DNA of 64,000 nt from Octopus vulgaris (Eukaryota): positions 51,522,001 to 51,586,000 of the forward strand of contig OX597824.1 of assembly GCA_951406725.2 (NCBI GenBank). The letters are read 5' to 3'. Below the pieces are notes generated by a model. That model had not been told where the DNA came from, made no database searches, and worked only from the letters and a program-made list of their open reading frames with translations. The position numbers were made by a program, and so were the translations under genes. Below are positions 50,926 through 64,000 of the stretch, in pieces (position 1 is the first letter of the stretch; each line of letters begins with the position of its first letter).

Positions 50926-52160
50926 CTACTACTGATTTATACAATACCTTATTCTCTTCAAATCTAGATGAGACATTATGAAGTAGATATCAACTATCAA
51001 TAATAGCAGGATTCCCCACCACAGTCAATATAATTACAGTCATCACTCACAATTCAATATGACTGGATAGTATGTGTGTACCATGCTTTTACTCATTGTT
51101 TTAGGTGCTTGTATACTCAAGAGCAGACATATACACCCTCTGGGTCCTCCAACTCTTGCTCCAGCAGAACAGGATCTTACAGATAGGAAAGAGTGTTGTA
51201 CCAGCACTCAGGATTATTTCAGCTGAATAGACTGGAGCAATGTGAAATGAAGTGGCTTGCTCTAAAACACAATGCACTGCCTGCTCCAGAAATTGAAACC
51301 ATGATCAAATGATCATGAGCCCAGTACCCTAACCACTAGGCCACATATCTTCACATGTTTATGGAGGTTACATTTTTTTTCTGCTGTTCCTTTGTTGATA
51401 TTAACATTCATTTTAAACACTGTGGTATGGTGATGAAATGAGAGACTAAAGGTTCAAACCTAGCTACCTGACTTTTATATTGGTATTTTCTTGAGGTCCT
51501 GTGATTTTGCATTGCTCTAAAGCTATTGGTGCTGTTGGTTTTTGTGGTGTATTTTCATGCAGCATCTCTGTTAGTGTTGATTTGGAGTTGCTACGGTATT
51601 ATTGATGTGTAGTGGGTGATTGTGTTGTGTAGATTGAGGCTAGTTCTAATGGAGCAAATTTATAATCCAAGATATTTTTATCCTGATATAATGTGCAATG
51701 GACTACATAATCTGATGTATCATTCTGTTTTTGAAACAGTAGTGTGTGATTTGAGAGAAATTTAGCTGCTATTTTTAGCTGATTTAGTGACCATGTAGAA
51801 ATTCTTAATTGACTTGTTACATTGATTTGTTTTTCTCTCAATAGCCAATTGTTGAGGTATCATTCTGGATCAATGTCTCTGTTGCAGAGAGTTGTGATGT
51901 TGCTGTAGTGGTTTGTGTGGTCTTATGTAATAATGGTACAGTGCACAAAGTTATGTTGTTTAGTTTTTAGTCAACCTTATTGAGTAGATTTATAATTAAA
52001 AGTACTTTAGATCAAAGGTATCCTGTCTTAGGGTCATGCAGGACTATATTGGATAATGTATCCTTCCTTTTTAAAGACAATAAGATTTATTCTAAAGGAG
52101 ATTTGGGTGCTATTTCTAACAAGTTAAGTGACCATGCAAGGACTATCCTGGTTCATTGTG

Positions 52161-52430
52161 AAGATGCATGGCTTAGTGATTAGGGTATTTGGCTCACGAT
52201 TATAAGGTCATGCATTCAGTTCCTGGCAGCACATTGTGTCATTGAGCAAGGCACTTTCTTGTTGCTAAAGGGCTTGCCTTGCCACATTTTGTGTCACACT
52301 GAATCTCTCTAAGAACCACTTTAAGAGTACATGTGCCGGTGGGGTGCTCAACTACTTGCACATTAATTTCATGAACAGGCTGTACCATTGATTGGATCAG
52401 CTGGAACCCTCATTGTTGTAACCAACATTG
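52161..52430 (+). mobile_element. tRNA-derived SINE, family C
   Basis: gcatggcttagtgattagggtatttggctcacgat head; body homologous to 44624-44925. Confidence 0.72.
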
Positions 52431-52841
52431 CTAGAAAAAGAAAAAAAAATCCTGGTTCATTATGGTAAAGTAATTGTTTAGCCCTACGTTACCCTAGATT
52501 GACTACACTTATTGTCTTTTACCCATGTGCTAAGAATTCAAGACTGCATTTCCAGCAACTTCTTTTTTAAGATAGTAGGGTCTAATTTGAGAAGAATTGG
52601 TTGCTATTTCTAGCTAGTTTACCAACCACATTGTGGCTCCCACTAATGTGCACCAAATCATAAAGTTACTAGAGTTACTATTCTACACTAAACTGAGATA
52701 ATATATTTTAGTTTAGCCATATATACAATGCAGAAGATGATTTAGAAAACACATTTAGAGTATTCTCCCTCTAAAGGTGAAAATATTCAGAATTTCTCAT
52801 TTTATTTTAATACATTGATTACTTTATATTATCTCCTCCAG

Positions 52842-53023
52842 GGCAGATGTTACTGCAGTGGTTAAGTTCAGGTTTTGCCAATTCAATTACCACTCAGAGC
52901 TGTGATCAAGTTAACTATAAGCAGGAGCGTCGGTTGGCCATCACCCAAATCTGTACATACCTGATGGCTGCAGGAGTAATTAAACAGCTGGACACTACTC
53001 AGGAGAAAGACTTAATTTTCAGG
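52842..53023 (+). CDS. Second coding exon of the same gene (GQMLLQWLSS..TQICTYLMAAGVIKQL..IFR; DEP-like segment)
   Basis: Acceptor ctcctccag|GG completes the phase-1 Gly codon, giving LEVFEGQMLLQWL; donor AGG|GTGAGT (phase 0). Confidence 0.85.
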
Positions 53024-53103
53024 GTGAGTAGTGCTTCACATTTGCTCATCTTATTTCTATATTTGATTGATATTTCTGTTTTGCCTATAATTAATATATA
53101 GGT

Positions 53104-53187
<84 letters not shown>

Positions 53188-53355
53188 CAGAAAAGGACAA
53201 ATTTCACCCAAAGATAATTACTGATTCTCTAACACATTCTCTTTTTTTTCTCCCACATACGTATGTATGTATGTATGTATGTGTGTTTATACATACATGC
53301 AAACAATAACAAAAGCATATATACGCACACATTCACACACATGCACATACCCATA

Positions 53356-53561
53356 CATGGTGGGCCAAAAGTCACACACAAAATAAGTTCAGTATGCTCT
53401 GGAATTGTCAAAGACATGCTTCAATTTTTCTAAAATTGAATAAAATAAATGAAATAATGATGCATGTACTTGTACATGATGAACAAAATTGATAATAATA
53501 ATAATAATGTAATATACATAAAATGTCGAATGCTTTGGTGCATGACTTTTGGACCACCTTG
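53356..53561. mobile_element. Tc1/mariner-type MITE, 206 bp
   Basis: TIRs catggtgggccaaaagtca / tgacttttggaccaccttg, flanked by TA on both sides. Confidence 0.8.
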
Positions 53562-54447
53562 TATATATTTATAATATATATTGTTTAGCATCTGTTTTTC
53601 TATGCTAGCATGGGCTAGATGAATTTGTTATTGTGGCAATCTGTTGTAGCCAGATATATTTCCTGACACTAAACAGTGTCTGCCCTTTGAGTAAGAGATC
53701 GCTTATTCCACATGGCTTTGAAGGCACTAAGTGAGTAGGTAATTCTTTGTCAGGAAAAATATAAGCAAGCAACAGAGCTAAACACACACACACACACACA
53801 CACATGTTAGTATGAAGGCTCATTTTTCAGTTTCTCTGCCAAATCTACTTACTAGGCTTTCATCAGCCTGGGACTTTACTAATCTCCGAAGTGCCATACA
53901 GTGTGACTGAACTCAAAACCACATAGTTGAGAAGTGAAAAGTGAACTTCTCTCTCTCTCTCTTTATATATATACACACACATACTTGTATATGGGAAAAT
54001 ATATATCCTGTTGCCTGTTGATGTTATATATACATATATGTATATATAATGCATCTTTTTTAATTTATTGATATAAACTCTAGTTTATCAATGCAAATAT
54101 TTTCTGTTTATAAACATATACAGGTTTCTTGTACTTTTTAGTTATTATTACATATTCTTTTTCACTATATTTCAATTTACAGTTTTAAGATTATTGTGTA
54201 TTTATATTATTTTAGAAGCAAGGTAGAGCTTGTGACTTCTTTTGGGATCTCTGAGACTCACAGAAGGTGGGTTGGGGGGGGATATATCCGCCAACAGAAA
54301 GAAACCTGGCTCAAATGCTTGCAACAGAGTGCCAAGAAAGCACCAAAGGGCCATATGATGGTGTTAAATTGGGCAACAAGTTAGATATACTAGTCATGTA
54401 AGCCACAGCAGGATTAGAACTCAGAACAAATAGTCCAAGGTTTCTTA

Positions 54448-54491
<44 letters not shown>

Positions 54492-54606
54492 TGTGAAGGT
54501 GCATGGCTCAGTGGTTAGAGTGTCGGGCTCACAATCACGAGGTAGTGGGTTCGGTTCCTGGACTGGGCTGTGTATTGGGTTCTTGAGTAATATACTTTAT
54601 TTCACA

Positions 54607-55984
54607 CTAGCAGAGATAACTTAGCATTGCTCGGGATTAAAATGGCATAGTTTTTTTATTCTTTTATTTGTTTCAGTTATTTGATCATCCTTGGCACATA
54701 AGTAATGTGTGTGTAAATTTTGGAGAAAATTGGTTGAAAACTGTAGAAATGTATGAATATTATACACACACACACACACAGAGACATCCTTTGCTTTATA
54801 TATATACTAGCAGTATTGCCCGGCGTTGCTCGGCGTTGTAAGGGAAATAACTATATAAGCATTTTTAGAGAGTTATATCCAAAAAATAGCAAAAAAATGC
54901 ATTAAAAATTGAAAAAAAATTAAGGTAAATTTTTTTTTAAAATCGTTGACACATCGTAGATATTCTTAGAGAGTTACTTCCCTTATATAAAAGCGAAAAA
55001 AATGCATTAAAATGGAAAAATATGATGGTAAATCGTAGACTCATCGTAGACGCGTGCTAATACCCAGAAGGGCTCGATATGAATCACAACTATAAGATAC
55101 CCGCTTTTGGTTAAACTGCACCGCAAAATGTGGGAGTAGTTACGAATATAAATCGAAGGGGACAGACACACAACTTCACTCTTATATAAAGATGCTTTTT
55201 TTTTTTCAGTCATAGAGTTAGATTTATGAAGGTTTTCAGTAGAAAATCCTTCGAATTCTGACTCGCTGCTTGATATAATGAAATTCGTATCCATTTTTTG
55301 TCAGAATTACAAATTTTGAAAGCACAATAGGAACAAATTTCGGAAAAAAATCTCCCATAATTCACGGAATTAAAATTACACTTCGATTTTTGTACAAAAC
55401 TGTATTTGAAGTGTTTACGAAGTATAATATGTGTTTTCACGAATGTACTAAAGAGATTTACTCTGATATTCTCATTTATATATGAATAGGTAAATTCGGG
55501 CGGTTTGGTAACGAAAGGGTTTATATAAGTGTCGTCTGTTTATACATAAACACTGTTTCATACTTTCAGTTTAGTCTTCCTCAAATCACTCTGTCGCTAA
55601 TTTACTCTCTTCCAAGAACATTTTCACTCACTCTTATCTGTTAGCTTCCCATACATTTTACTCATGTATCTATCAGCGTGATAGACAGAAACAAATATTA
55701 CATCTAGTTTCACTTTATTCGTTACACAGTGTATGTGTGCGTTTGCGTGTGCTGTAAACCAGACTAAGAAAAGCATTTGACATACACACCAGAATGTGAG
55801 TTTTCTGTAAATTTTGCTTAATTGGAGTTTAAATTTTAAAAACTGGACCTGGCATGACCCGATGCATTCTACTCTTAAAAATGCTAGGTAAATTGTAATT
55901 GAAGAAATCCTATATTGTAGATTTCTATAACTCCCAAAGGGAGGCAGATAAAATCTGCCTTTTATAATAAGAGATATATATAGA
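54607..55984 (-). mobile_element. Small non-autonomous Helitron (about 210 bp of own sequence) interrupted by a second Helitron
   Basis: CTAG at 54607-54610 with an adjacent degenerate hairpin; 5' TC at 55984-55983; A|T target on the minus strand. Confidence 0.7.
54807..55974 (-). mobile_element. Compound non-autonomous Helitron related to 26627-28955
   Basis: 5' TCTCTTATTATAAAAGGCAG identical to 26627; internal second 5' end at 55192; hairpin gcccggcgttgctcggc next to CTAG 54807-54810. Confidence 0.87.
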
Positions 55985-56464
55985 TTGCTCCAGTTCACTC
56001 CAGCTGTAGAAATGAGTTGCGTTGTCACTGATGCCAAGTTGGATCAGCCTTTGCCTTTCCCTTGGATAACATCAGTGGCATGGAGAGGAGAGGCTGATAT
56101 GCATGGGTGACTGCTGGAGAGTAACTTTCTAGGTGCAATCCCATGGTCATTCATGACCAGAGGGAGTCTTTACTCTTTATATTCTGCCAGTCCTCTACAA
56201 GTACATACATACACCTATACATGTGTGTGTGGTTTTTCTTGTCAACAAATTATCTTGTCATTTCATGCCTTCAAAGCTGTGTGGAATAAAATTTTCTTTA
56301 CTTGAAAAACTGATAAGGTTTAGCGTCAGGAAGTGCATCCAACTGTAAAATAATGTCCCAACTAACTTATTCGTCTAACCCATGAAAACATAGAAAATGA
56401 ATGCAAAAATAGCTGAAATATACACATAGACACTTGTGTATGTGTGTGTGTATATTTACATATA

Positions 56465-57950
56465 CTGTAAAAACCCATGTAATTTGTGATCCTGTGTAAT
56501 TTACGCAGGTGATTTTCAGGATAAAAATTGTTAAAAAAAGCTTCTACTCATGTAAAATTTGCATGCAAAAGTTTTCAGAATTGCTGATATGGTCAGAGGG
56601 AAAAGATTTTCAATTTAGCTGTATTTCACTTACTTATGATTAGATTTTATTAAATTTTCCTAAAATAAAAATAATTTCTGTTTAACAGATATCACATTAA
56701 AAGCTATTAAATTATGAAGTAATTGTGTTGTTTATCATAAACTTTATTTTACATTTCTTACCCACAAGAGATTATGTCTGATCTTTAGCATACTTCTGTG
56801 TCTTCTCAAATCATGATCACAAGAAAAGTTGTTGATAATTCTTATCAACAAAAACAGAGCTGATAAATATGCACAAGTGTTGCAAAATAAGTTTAATTAC
56901 CAATAAACATCATCTTGGACAATACTCAGTCGACAGAGGAAGGTGACCGATCAAACTGATTATGTAAACAGACTTATGATTGGTCTGAAAGTGTCTTCTC
57001 TCAAGCTCTGATTTTCTGCCTATTCTTGTCAGAACCTTTGATACAGAGTATCAAAATTTTAACCCCTTTCACACTTATAAAATGTCAAGCAAACTTTAAA
57101 ATTTGTCATAACTGTTTTAGCTGGGAAACCAACTGACAGTTTGGTAACCCGCTAAAATAAACATTAAAAATCAAAAGAGGAAAACAAACAACTTTGTAAG
57201 TTTAACTCAGTGTTTATTGAACAAGGGAGGTGAAAATTTAAGAAGTGACTTGTTAGAATATACATGTCTGTGAGGAGACATAAACAAAAATAGCAGAAAT
57301 CTACTATACCAAAAGAACTGCTAATACATACATTACAAAAGTTCAACATGAATGTGAAATGACATTAAACATCATATAAGGTAAATGAAAGTTTCTGTAG
57401 GAACTCTAAGTCATGTTCACTTATTATGATGTTGTTGTTGGTGTTAGATGCAGTAAGAGCTGGTAGCAGCGATGAATTTAATTGTTCTAATGTGGAGAAA
57501 GCGAGCAATAGCTTCCTGGAGGAAAATGCAAGCTAGACTTCTTAAGTGGACAAAAACTAATCTATTTAAAGAAATTCCTGGACCCCATTACAATAGATAG
57601 AAATTCCAAGCAATGTAAAATATGGCCCAGAGCATGATTACCAGCATGAACATCAAACTTCAAAAAGTAGTTGACCATTTAATGGTTTTAGTAAATTTAT
57701 ACAGAAAAAGTAAGCATTATACTGTCCAGCATAAATAAAAGTCAACCTCATTATATTTTTTTGTAAAAACCTATTCTGACATTAAATGAGTCAACTTCCA
57801 GTATGAATATTTACATTTGTACGTCATTTTTCAACAAATAAAATTTCTAAAAAGATCCTTGAAACAATCTTCTTATGTAATTTACACACCCGCTAAAGTT
57901 TGCTTTTGTTTTTGTGAAAAGAAGTTTGTAAATTACATGGATTTTTATGA
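56465..57950. mobile_element. Non-autonomous Tc1/mariner-superfamily (Tc2/pogo-like) element
   Basis: Imperfect TIRs ctgtaaaaacccatgtaattt / aaattacatggatttttatga, TA on both sides, subterminal tgtaatttac repeats; no recognisable ORF. Confidence 0.6.
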
Positions 57951-58383
57951 TATATGTATATACATGTGTGTATGTGTGAACACATGTCAAATCCTGATAT
58001 TTTAAGAGACCCATCCAAAATTCCTGACGAAATAAATATTCTTCACTTTTGATAGGGTAAATATATATTGTGCTTGTTTTGTGTTATTTCTCTCTACTTT
58101 GGACTCTTGTTTCCTCACAAATATGCAGAATGTTTTTCAGTGGGGGTAAAATGTTTGATATGATGTTAGTTTCTTGCAGAGGTTTTCTTTCGAGTTCAGC
58201 ACTACAGCAATCAAGTTTTTTTAAATTTTGTATTTCTGTTCACAATTCTTCCTGCTATTCATAATCATAATACGTGAATGTGTTTGCTGATAGCTTTAAG
58301 ATGTTACTATATGGATAGGTGCTAGAATCTTAGGCACTTCATTGGAGATAGTTGACAATGGGAATATCTATCCATGTAAACTA

Positions 58384-59571
58384 TTGGTCTTCCCATAAAT
58401 GATGTGGTTTTCTTATACTTCTTTTATTTTTCAAAATTAAGTTAAATAAATCTCTTTTTTAATCTAAAATATACCCTCCTTCGTTTTCTACAATGCTCTT
58501 CCATCTACCTGGTAGACTTGCAAAGCCACTCTTTCAAAATTTACTTGTCTGTGATGAAAAATATTCCTCCAGTACTATTCTGACCTCATCTACAGAATTC
58601 ATATTTTTTCTGTCCAAATGGTTTTGAAGACTGCAGAATGAATGATAATCAGATGGGGCAATGTCTGACGAATATGGTGCATAGGGCATCATTTCCCATT
58701 CAAACTGCTGCAGCCTTTGGAATGTTATCCTCAGTGTATGTGGCCGAGCATTATCCTGATGGAAGAACACCTTTTGTCTTGAAACCAAAAATGGTTATTT
58801 TTCTTCTAGCACTGACTTAAGTTACTCAAGCTGCTTGCATTACATCTCCTTTGTTATCATTTGGTTTGGGTTTAAAAGTTCAAAGTGGACTAAACATTTC
58901 ATATCCCACCAAACAGATAACAACACCCTACATGGGTGAAATCCTTCTTTAGCCTGAGGTGCTGGTGTTTCTCCTTTCCCTACCTACTGACATTTTTATA
59001 GAGAACCCATTCCTCATCGGTCCAAAAAAGGTTCATTCGTGAGATGTGACAACAAAGAAGGGTACACATTCACTCTCTGCACATGATTAGACTTGGAAAG
59101 TTTGTGAGGAACCCATTGACCCAATATGCTAAGTTTTTTGATGGCATGCAGGTGACCAAATTCAATCTTCTCTGCTAGTTCCTCAACAGTTACGATGGCA
59201 TTTTGTTCCATCAGGGTTTGCAGGATGTCCTTGTCAAGCTTTACAGATCTTCCAGGATGTGGCTTGTCTTCTAGGCCATAGTTTCCAGCTCAGAATTTCT
59301 GGTACTACCATTGACACTGGCTTATGCTTATTGTCCGACCCCCATATACTGCATTGATATTCCTTGCACTTTCTGTTGCTTTGTTGCCTTTATTGAACTC
59401 ATAAAGCTGAATATGCTCCTTTGTCACTTCCATTATAGCTTTGAAAAAATAACTGTTAAAATTGAACTGCACTCTTCAAAACTTGCACTAAGAATAAGCA
59501 TAAGGTAAATTTACTACCTGCTTTTAGCTCATGTAATTAAAATAAACTGCATTATTTATGGGATGAACCAA
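58384..59571 (-). mobile_element. Near full-length degraded mariner transposon
   Basis: TIRs ttggtcttcccataaatgatg / cattatttatgggatgaaccaa with TA TSD; WVPHKL, HQDNARPH, PYSSDIAPSDY motifs in broken frames. Confidence 0.9.
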
Positions 59572-59615
59572 TATATGTAATTAATGTGTATGTGTGTTTA
59601 TTTACATGTATAGTC

Positions 59616-62600
59616 TGTAGTGACGTCATGTTCCAGTGTGCGCACACGCAACGTCATTCTTCAGTGTGCGTGTGCGGAACGTCACCTTTGTAGTGACGTC
59701 ATATTCCAGTGTGCGCACACGCAACGTCATTCTTCAGTGTGCGTGTGCAGAACGTCCTTCTTCAGTGTGCGTGTGCAGGGTTGGAACCTTCTGGAACCTT
59801 CTGGAAAGGCATAAGGAAGTTCCCTCATGCACATGCGCTAGAGACTGAAGAATAAATTCTATAGCGTTCCTTAATAGCGTCGGGGACTTGAGACATGGCT
59901 GCAGAAGAGAAAGGACGTATTTTCATACGTGTGATCAGCATATTCTCCTGTCCCAGACGCTTAGGATTTAACCTGTTCTATTAATGCTGAATTGTTGTAA
60001 GAATGGATACCAGTATACCATCGTGTTTCATTGTTGAATAAGAGAATAAAGAATTGTATATATTTCTAAACTTGCGTTTCGTTCCTGACTGATAGTTTCT
60101 AGAAACAAAAAGAAAGGAAATTGTGTTGCACCCAAGTTGTACCCCAAAAGTGTAAAGAAGCAACCAGTTCCCTTTACAGTGGTGACCCCGAGTTCTGGTC
60201 ATAGACCATAGAACACTTAACAGAAATCTAGTTTCTACCAACAGTTATAAAAGGAGCCTCTCTTATTTTCCGCAATAATGACGACGCTAACATACACCAG
60301 CAACACAGGACATTTACACCATGGACGCCTTCATCTCAACGATGCCTTTCTCTGCCGTCGTCATCACCATCGTCGTCCTTCAACTTCACGTCGTCTCCAT
60401 CTTCGTCGCCAGCAACACTAATATGTACTTTACTACGAACTGAGCAGCCATGTGTCTCAAGTCCACCACTGTCGCCTTCACCACCGTCGACCTCAACGAT
60501 ATGTACACAGCAACTCGCTGAAGTTTAGCTTACACGCTGTTCGTGTATACACACCAAGATTAACAGCACAGCATTGAAGCCACAACCGCTACATGACATG
60601 TGTTCAACCGGCATCTGCATTTGTGATCCCAACATCCTGTTACAGAACGAACTGCTATTTTGTACTTAACTACTAACTGGTAAATTAACTCCATCTTGTC
60701 TGAAATACCCTAAGAGACTTTTACTATGCGCTGTATTTTGATTTGCCCGCATACACCTTGTTTGTACTTCTGTTGCACACACGAACACACATAGTTAATA
60801 CACACACTAATGCTATCTCTGTCACATTCATACGCCACACATGCCTTTCTCACTTGTTTTCCATGCTCAATGTGCCCTTGTAGACACAACTCATCTCTGT
60901 AAGACCCTAGGTCGGTCACGCATACATAGAGAAAGTTGTTTGTCCCTTACAACGTGCCAGCATGCCACACTTTTGTTCCTGCACGACCGAGGCATATAAT
61001 AGCTCAAGCACTGGCTGGCAGCCTCAGCCTTACTGCATTAATCACTGGCATATTCAATACTGTACACTGTATTTCAGCCTAGCAAGCCCTATTGCACTCA
61101 TGACCTCTGTTCTGCACGTGTACTCCCTTGTTTTGCAACACGTCTGCGTCAGCTCAATTCTTCTCCCGACTCAAAGAACGTCGGATGTTCACATGCACTG
61201 CGCTCATGTTTAGGCATAATTTCCCCCTGTTAGACCCCTGTTGGTCACGTAATTAACAGAGAAAATTATCTGTCTCGCGCATCACTCCAGCATGCTTACA
61301 CTGTCGCCCTTGCTAACCTTACTCTTTCAGCTGAAGCACTGTCTGCCTTTGAGTTACTAGTGATCTATCTGTCAATTCAGCAGAAGGCTCTATTCTTTGT
61401 GATGTATCCACCGGTTCTCCTAGACCGTTAGTACCTGAGAAACATCAACGTTCTGTTTTTGATGCTCTTCCTTCATTGTCACATCCGGGTTTCTCTGCCA
61501 CAGTTCTTCTGGCCCAATATGCGACGATCGATTACCTCTTGGGCACGCTCTTGTTTAAAGTGCCAGAGTGCTAAAGTCCATAGACATGTTCGTGCTCCAC
61601 TTGGACAATTTTCTTCTCCTGAGGCCCTTTTTCGCCATGTCCACCTTGATTTGGTTGGACCATGGCCTGTGAGTAACGGGTTCTCATATATATTTAACTT
61701 GTATCGATCGTTCCTCACGTTGGCCGGAAGCTATTCCTATTCACACATGCACCTTTGACAACACCACCATTCACACATGCACCTTTGACAACACCACCAT
61801 TTACACATGCACCTTTATCAACACCAACATCGGCAACACCACCTTCGTCGTCGCAGCCTGCCTCGAACAAACCTTATGTTACGAGGTTAGGCAGAACTGT
61901 TCACTTGCCGAAGAAACTTTCAAAGACGATTTATATTTAACATTCTCAATTGACTTCCCAGTGACAGTTACGATACTAATTGAACTTTGTTCATTTGAGT
62001 ATTATTTTTTCTTTTCCTTTGCTGCATGCTTGTTTATATTATGGATTTTTTTTTGTTTTAATTTGTCATATTGTGTGCCATTTTGGTGATTTTGTATCCA
62101 CCTTATATTCTGAAGCCACTACAAGGAATTTTGTTTTGTGCTTCCGCACTCGAGGGGGAGCCTTTGTAGTGACGTCATGTTCCAGTGTGCGCACACACAA
62201 CGTCATTCTTCAGTGTGCGTGTGCGGAACGTCACCTTTGTAGTGACGTCATATTCCAGTGTGCGCACACGCAACGTCATTCTTCAGTGTGCGTGTGCGGA
62301 ACGTCCTTCTTCAGTGTGCGTGTGCGGGGTTGGAACCTTCTGGAAAGGCATAAGGAAGTTCCCTCATGCACATGCGCTAGAGACTGAAGAATAAATTCTA
62401 TAGCGTTCCTTAATAGCGTCGGGGACTTGAGACACGGCTACAGAAGAGAAAGGACGTATTTTCATATGTGTGATCAGCATATTCTCCTGTCCCAGATGCT
62501 TAGGATTTAACCTGTTCTATTAATGCCGAATTGTTGTAAGAATGGATACCAGTATACCATCGTGTTTCATTGTTGAATAAGAGAATAAAGAATTGTATAT

Positions 62601-62717
62601 ATTTCTAAACTTGCGTTTCGTTCCTGACTGGTAGTTTCTAGAAACAAAAAGAAAGGAAATTGTGTTGCACCCAAGTTGCTCCCCAAAAGTGTAAAGAAGC
62701 AACCAGTTCCCTTTACA
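59616..62717 (+). mobile_element. Internally deleted Gypsy-type LTR retrotransposon
   Basis: LTRs 59616-60178 and 62165-62717 (TG..CA); 4-bp TSD AGTC; PBS tggtgaccccga 60180-60191 complementary to the tRNA-Trp 3' end; PPT gagggggag 62152-62160. Confidence 0.93.
61380..61940 (+). pseudogene. Gypsy integrase remnant (zinc-binding region, start of core, C-terminal tail)
   Basis: FWPNMRRSITSWARSCLKCQSAKVHRH..FRHVHLDLVGPWP, then a jump to YVTRLGRTVHLP; frameshifted. Confidence 0.87.
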
Positions 62718-63815
62718 AGTCTATTGTTCTGTTTCATTGGGAAAATTTATCATTTTTATTAGTGTTACTGTTTTCTTTATTATTAACATCATCATCTTTG
62801 TCTTTGCATTCTTGTATTACACACTTCTACCATCCACAGACTTAAAGCTTCTTTCTTAGTTGACATTAGTTACTATCTGTCACCACTAGGTGGTAGCCAG
62901 CCTAGCTACAGGATGCCTGTAACACTTGTTCTTTACCATCAGGGTTATCTTTGGTAATTTTGTTGCAGTTTACCATTATCACCCCCTTCTACCTTACATT
63001 TTACATCACTTTACAAAGTAAAATTGTATATAATATGCCCATCTCTTCAAATTAATAGTGTCTTCCAAATTTCATGTTCTTTCAATAGTTATCAAGTCTG
63101 TTCTTGAACTGTTTGCTTTTCTTCAACCTAACAACCTTCCTTCCCTACTGATTCCAGTTTCTGTGAAACCTGTTTGTGACAGTTTGATGTCTTGTTAACT
63201 TGTTTCACTGCTTTACTAATTTAATAACACTCAGCTCCTTCATTTCTGTCTCTTCTATCACCTGATTTAATGTACTAATGAGGTCTGTTATCTCACATTC
63301 ATTTCAAGTTCAGATAGCTGCTACAGGTGTGAATTATCAGCATCATATCATCTTCATACTTATGATGATCATCATCATTTTATATGTTCTTCTATTGTGG
63401 TAAGAGATGGTGAGCTCTACTGTACAACATATTGCTACTTCCATCAGTCTTTTATCATGTCTAAAAGACCTGACTTCCTCAAGTCTTATCTTACCACTTC
63501 TTATGCTATTTTTCACAAGCTTTTAGTGACAGGACTCAAATGATTAATTTTTCAACCTAACTCAGCTCATTTTCCTTAACATCATGTTTTCATACCAGCC
63601 CAGTCACCAATATCAACTACTGTCTTTAATACCCAACTTTATTGCTACTTCACTTTTCATATAGGTTATTTTACATTCAACAAATTTCCTTGCCAGCCAT
63701 TTCAGATCTGCATTCACTTCCAATGTTTTACTAACATATTTCTTCACACTTTCTAGCACACATCTCATATGCTCAGCCTTTCACACATACAAAGAAATGA
63801 ATTTTTATCAACAGA

Positions 63816-64000
63816 GGCACAGATGTGGCTGTGTGGTAAGGAGCTTGTTTCTCCACATGGTTCCTGGTTCAGTCCCACTACGTGGCACTTTGGGCAAGTG
63901 TCTTTTACTGTAGCCTCAGGCTGACTAAAGCCTTGTAAGTGGATTTGGTAGACAGAAACTGAAAGAAGCCCATCGTGCGTGTGTGTGTGTGCGTGCGTGT
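63816..64000 (+). mobile_element. CORE-type SINE, family B (runs off the window)
   Basis: gtggctgtgtggtaag head, ggttcagtcc B-box-like, ctttgggcaagtgtctt CORE-like segment. Confidence 0.82.

Larger units (their letters stand above)
54495..56180 (+). mobile_element. tRNA-derived SINE split by nested Helitrons (halves 54495-54606 and 55985-56180)
   Basis: Halves rejoin as actttatttcaca|ttgctccagttcactc, matching the uninterrupted relative at 44714-44745. Confidence 0.75.

Noticed and set aside
58534-59211. SETMAR-like domesticated transposase
   Set aside because: Broken into several frames and bounded by TIRs with TA TSD, so a decayed mariner
59620-60241. Short ORFs duplicated at 59.6-60.2 kb and 62.2-62.7 kb
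   Set aside because: They are readings of the two LTRs with no protein motifs

Overview
Eukaryotic, AT-rich, repeat-dense animal DNA. The SINE, RTE and Helitron repertoire resembles octopus/cephalopod genomes (inference). 1-14 kb is a cluster of three Tx1-clade (L1-group) non-LTR retrotransposons. Two are + strand, head-to-tail, joined through an (ATT)n tail, and carry disrupted ORF1 and ORF2 (APE-RT-zinc finger). The third is a more divergent, truncated - strand copy. From about 20 kb onward repeats look CpG-depleted, consistent with a methylated gene body. Two spliced coding exons (47799-48381, 52842-53023) encode the N-terminus of a probable formin/cappuccino-like protein, with a candidate non-coding first exon near 18.9 kb. 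The introns hold RTE fragments, two compound Helitrons (one nested in a Helitron inside a SINE), mariner relics, MITEs, head-to-tail SINE arrays, a 4.3-kb 30-bp tandem array and an internally deleted Gypsy element with both LTRs. The best lead is a possible (ATT)n-targeting Tx1 LINE with a partner SINE of similar 3' end, both building tandem arrays. All alignments and counts were done by eye.
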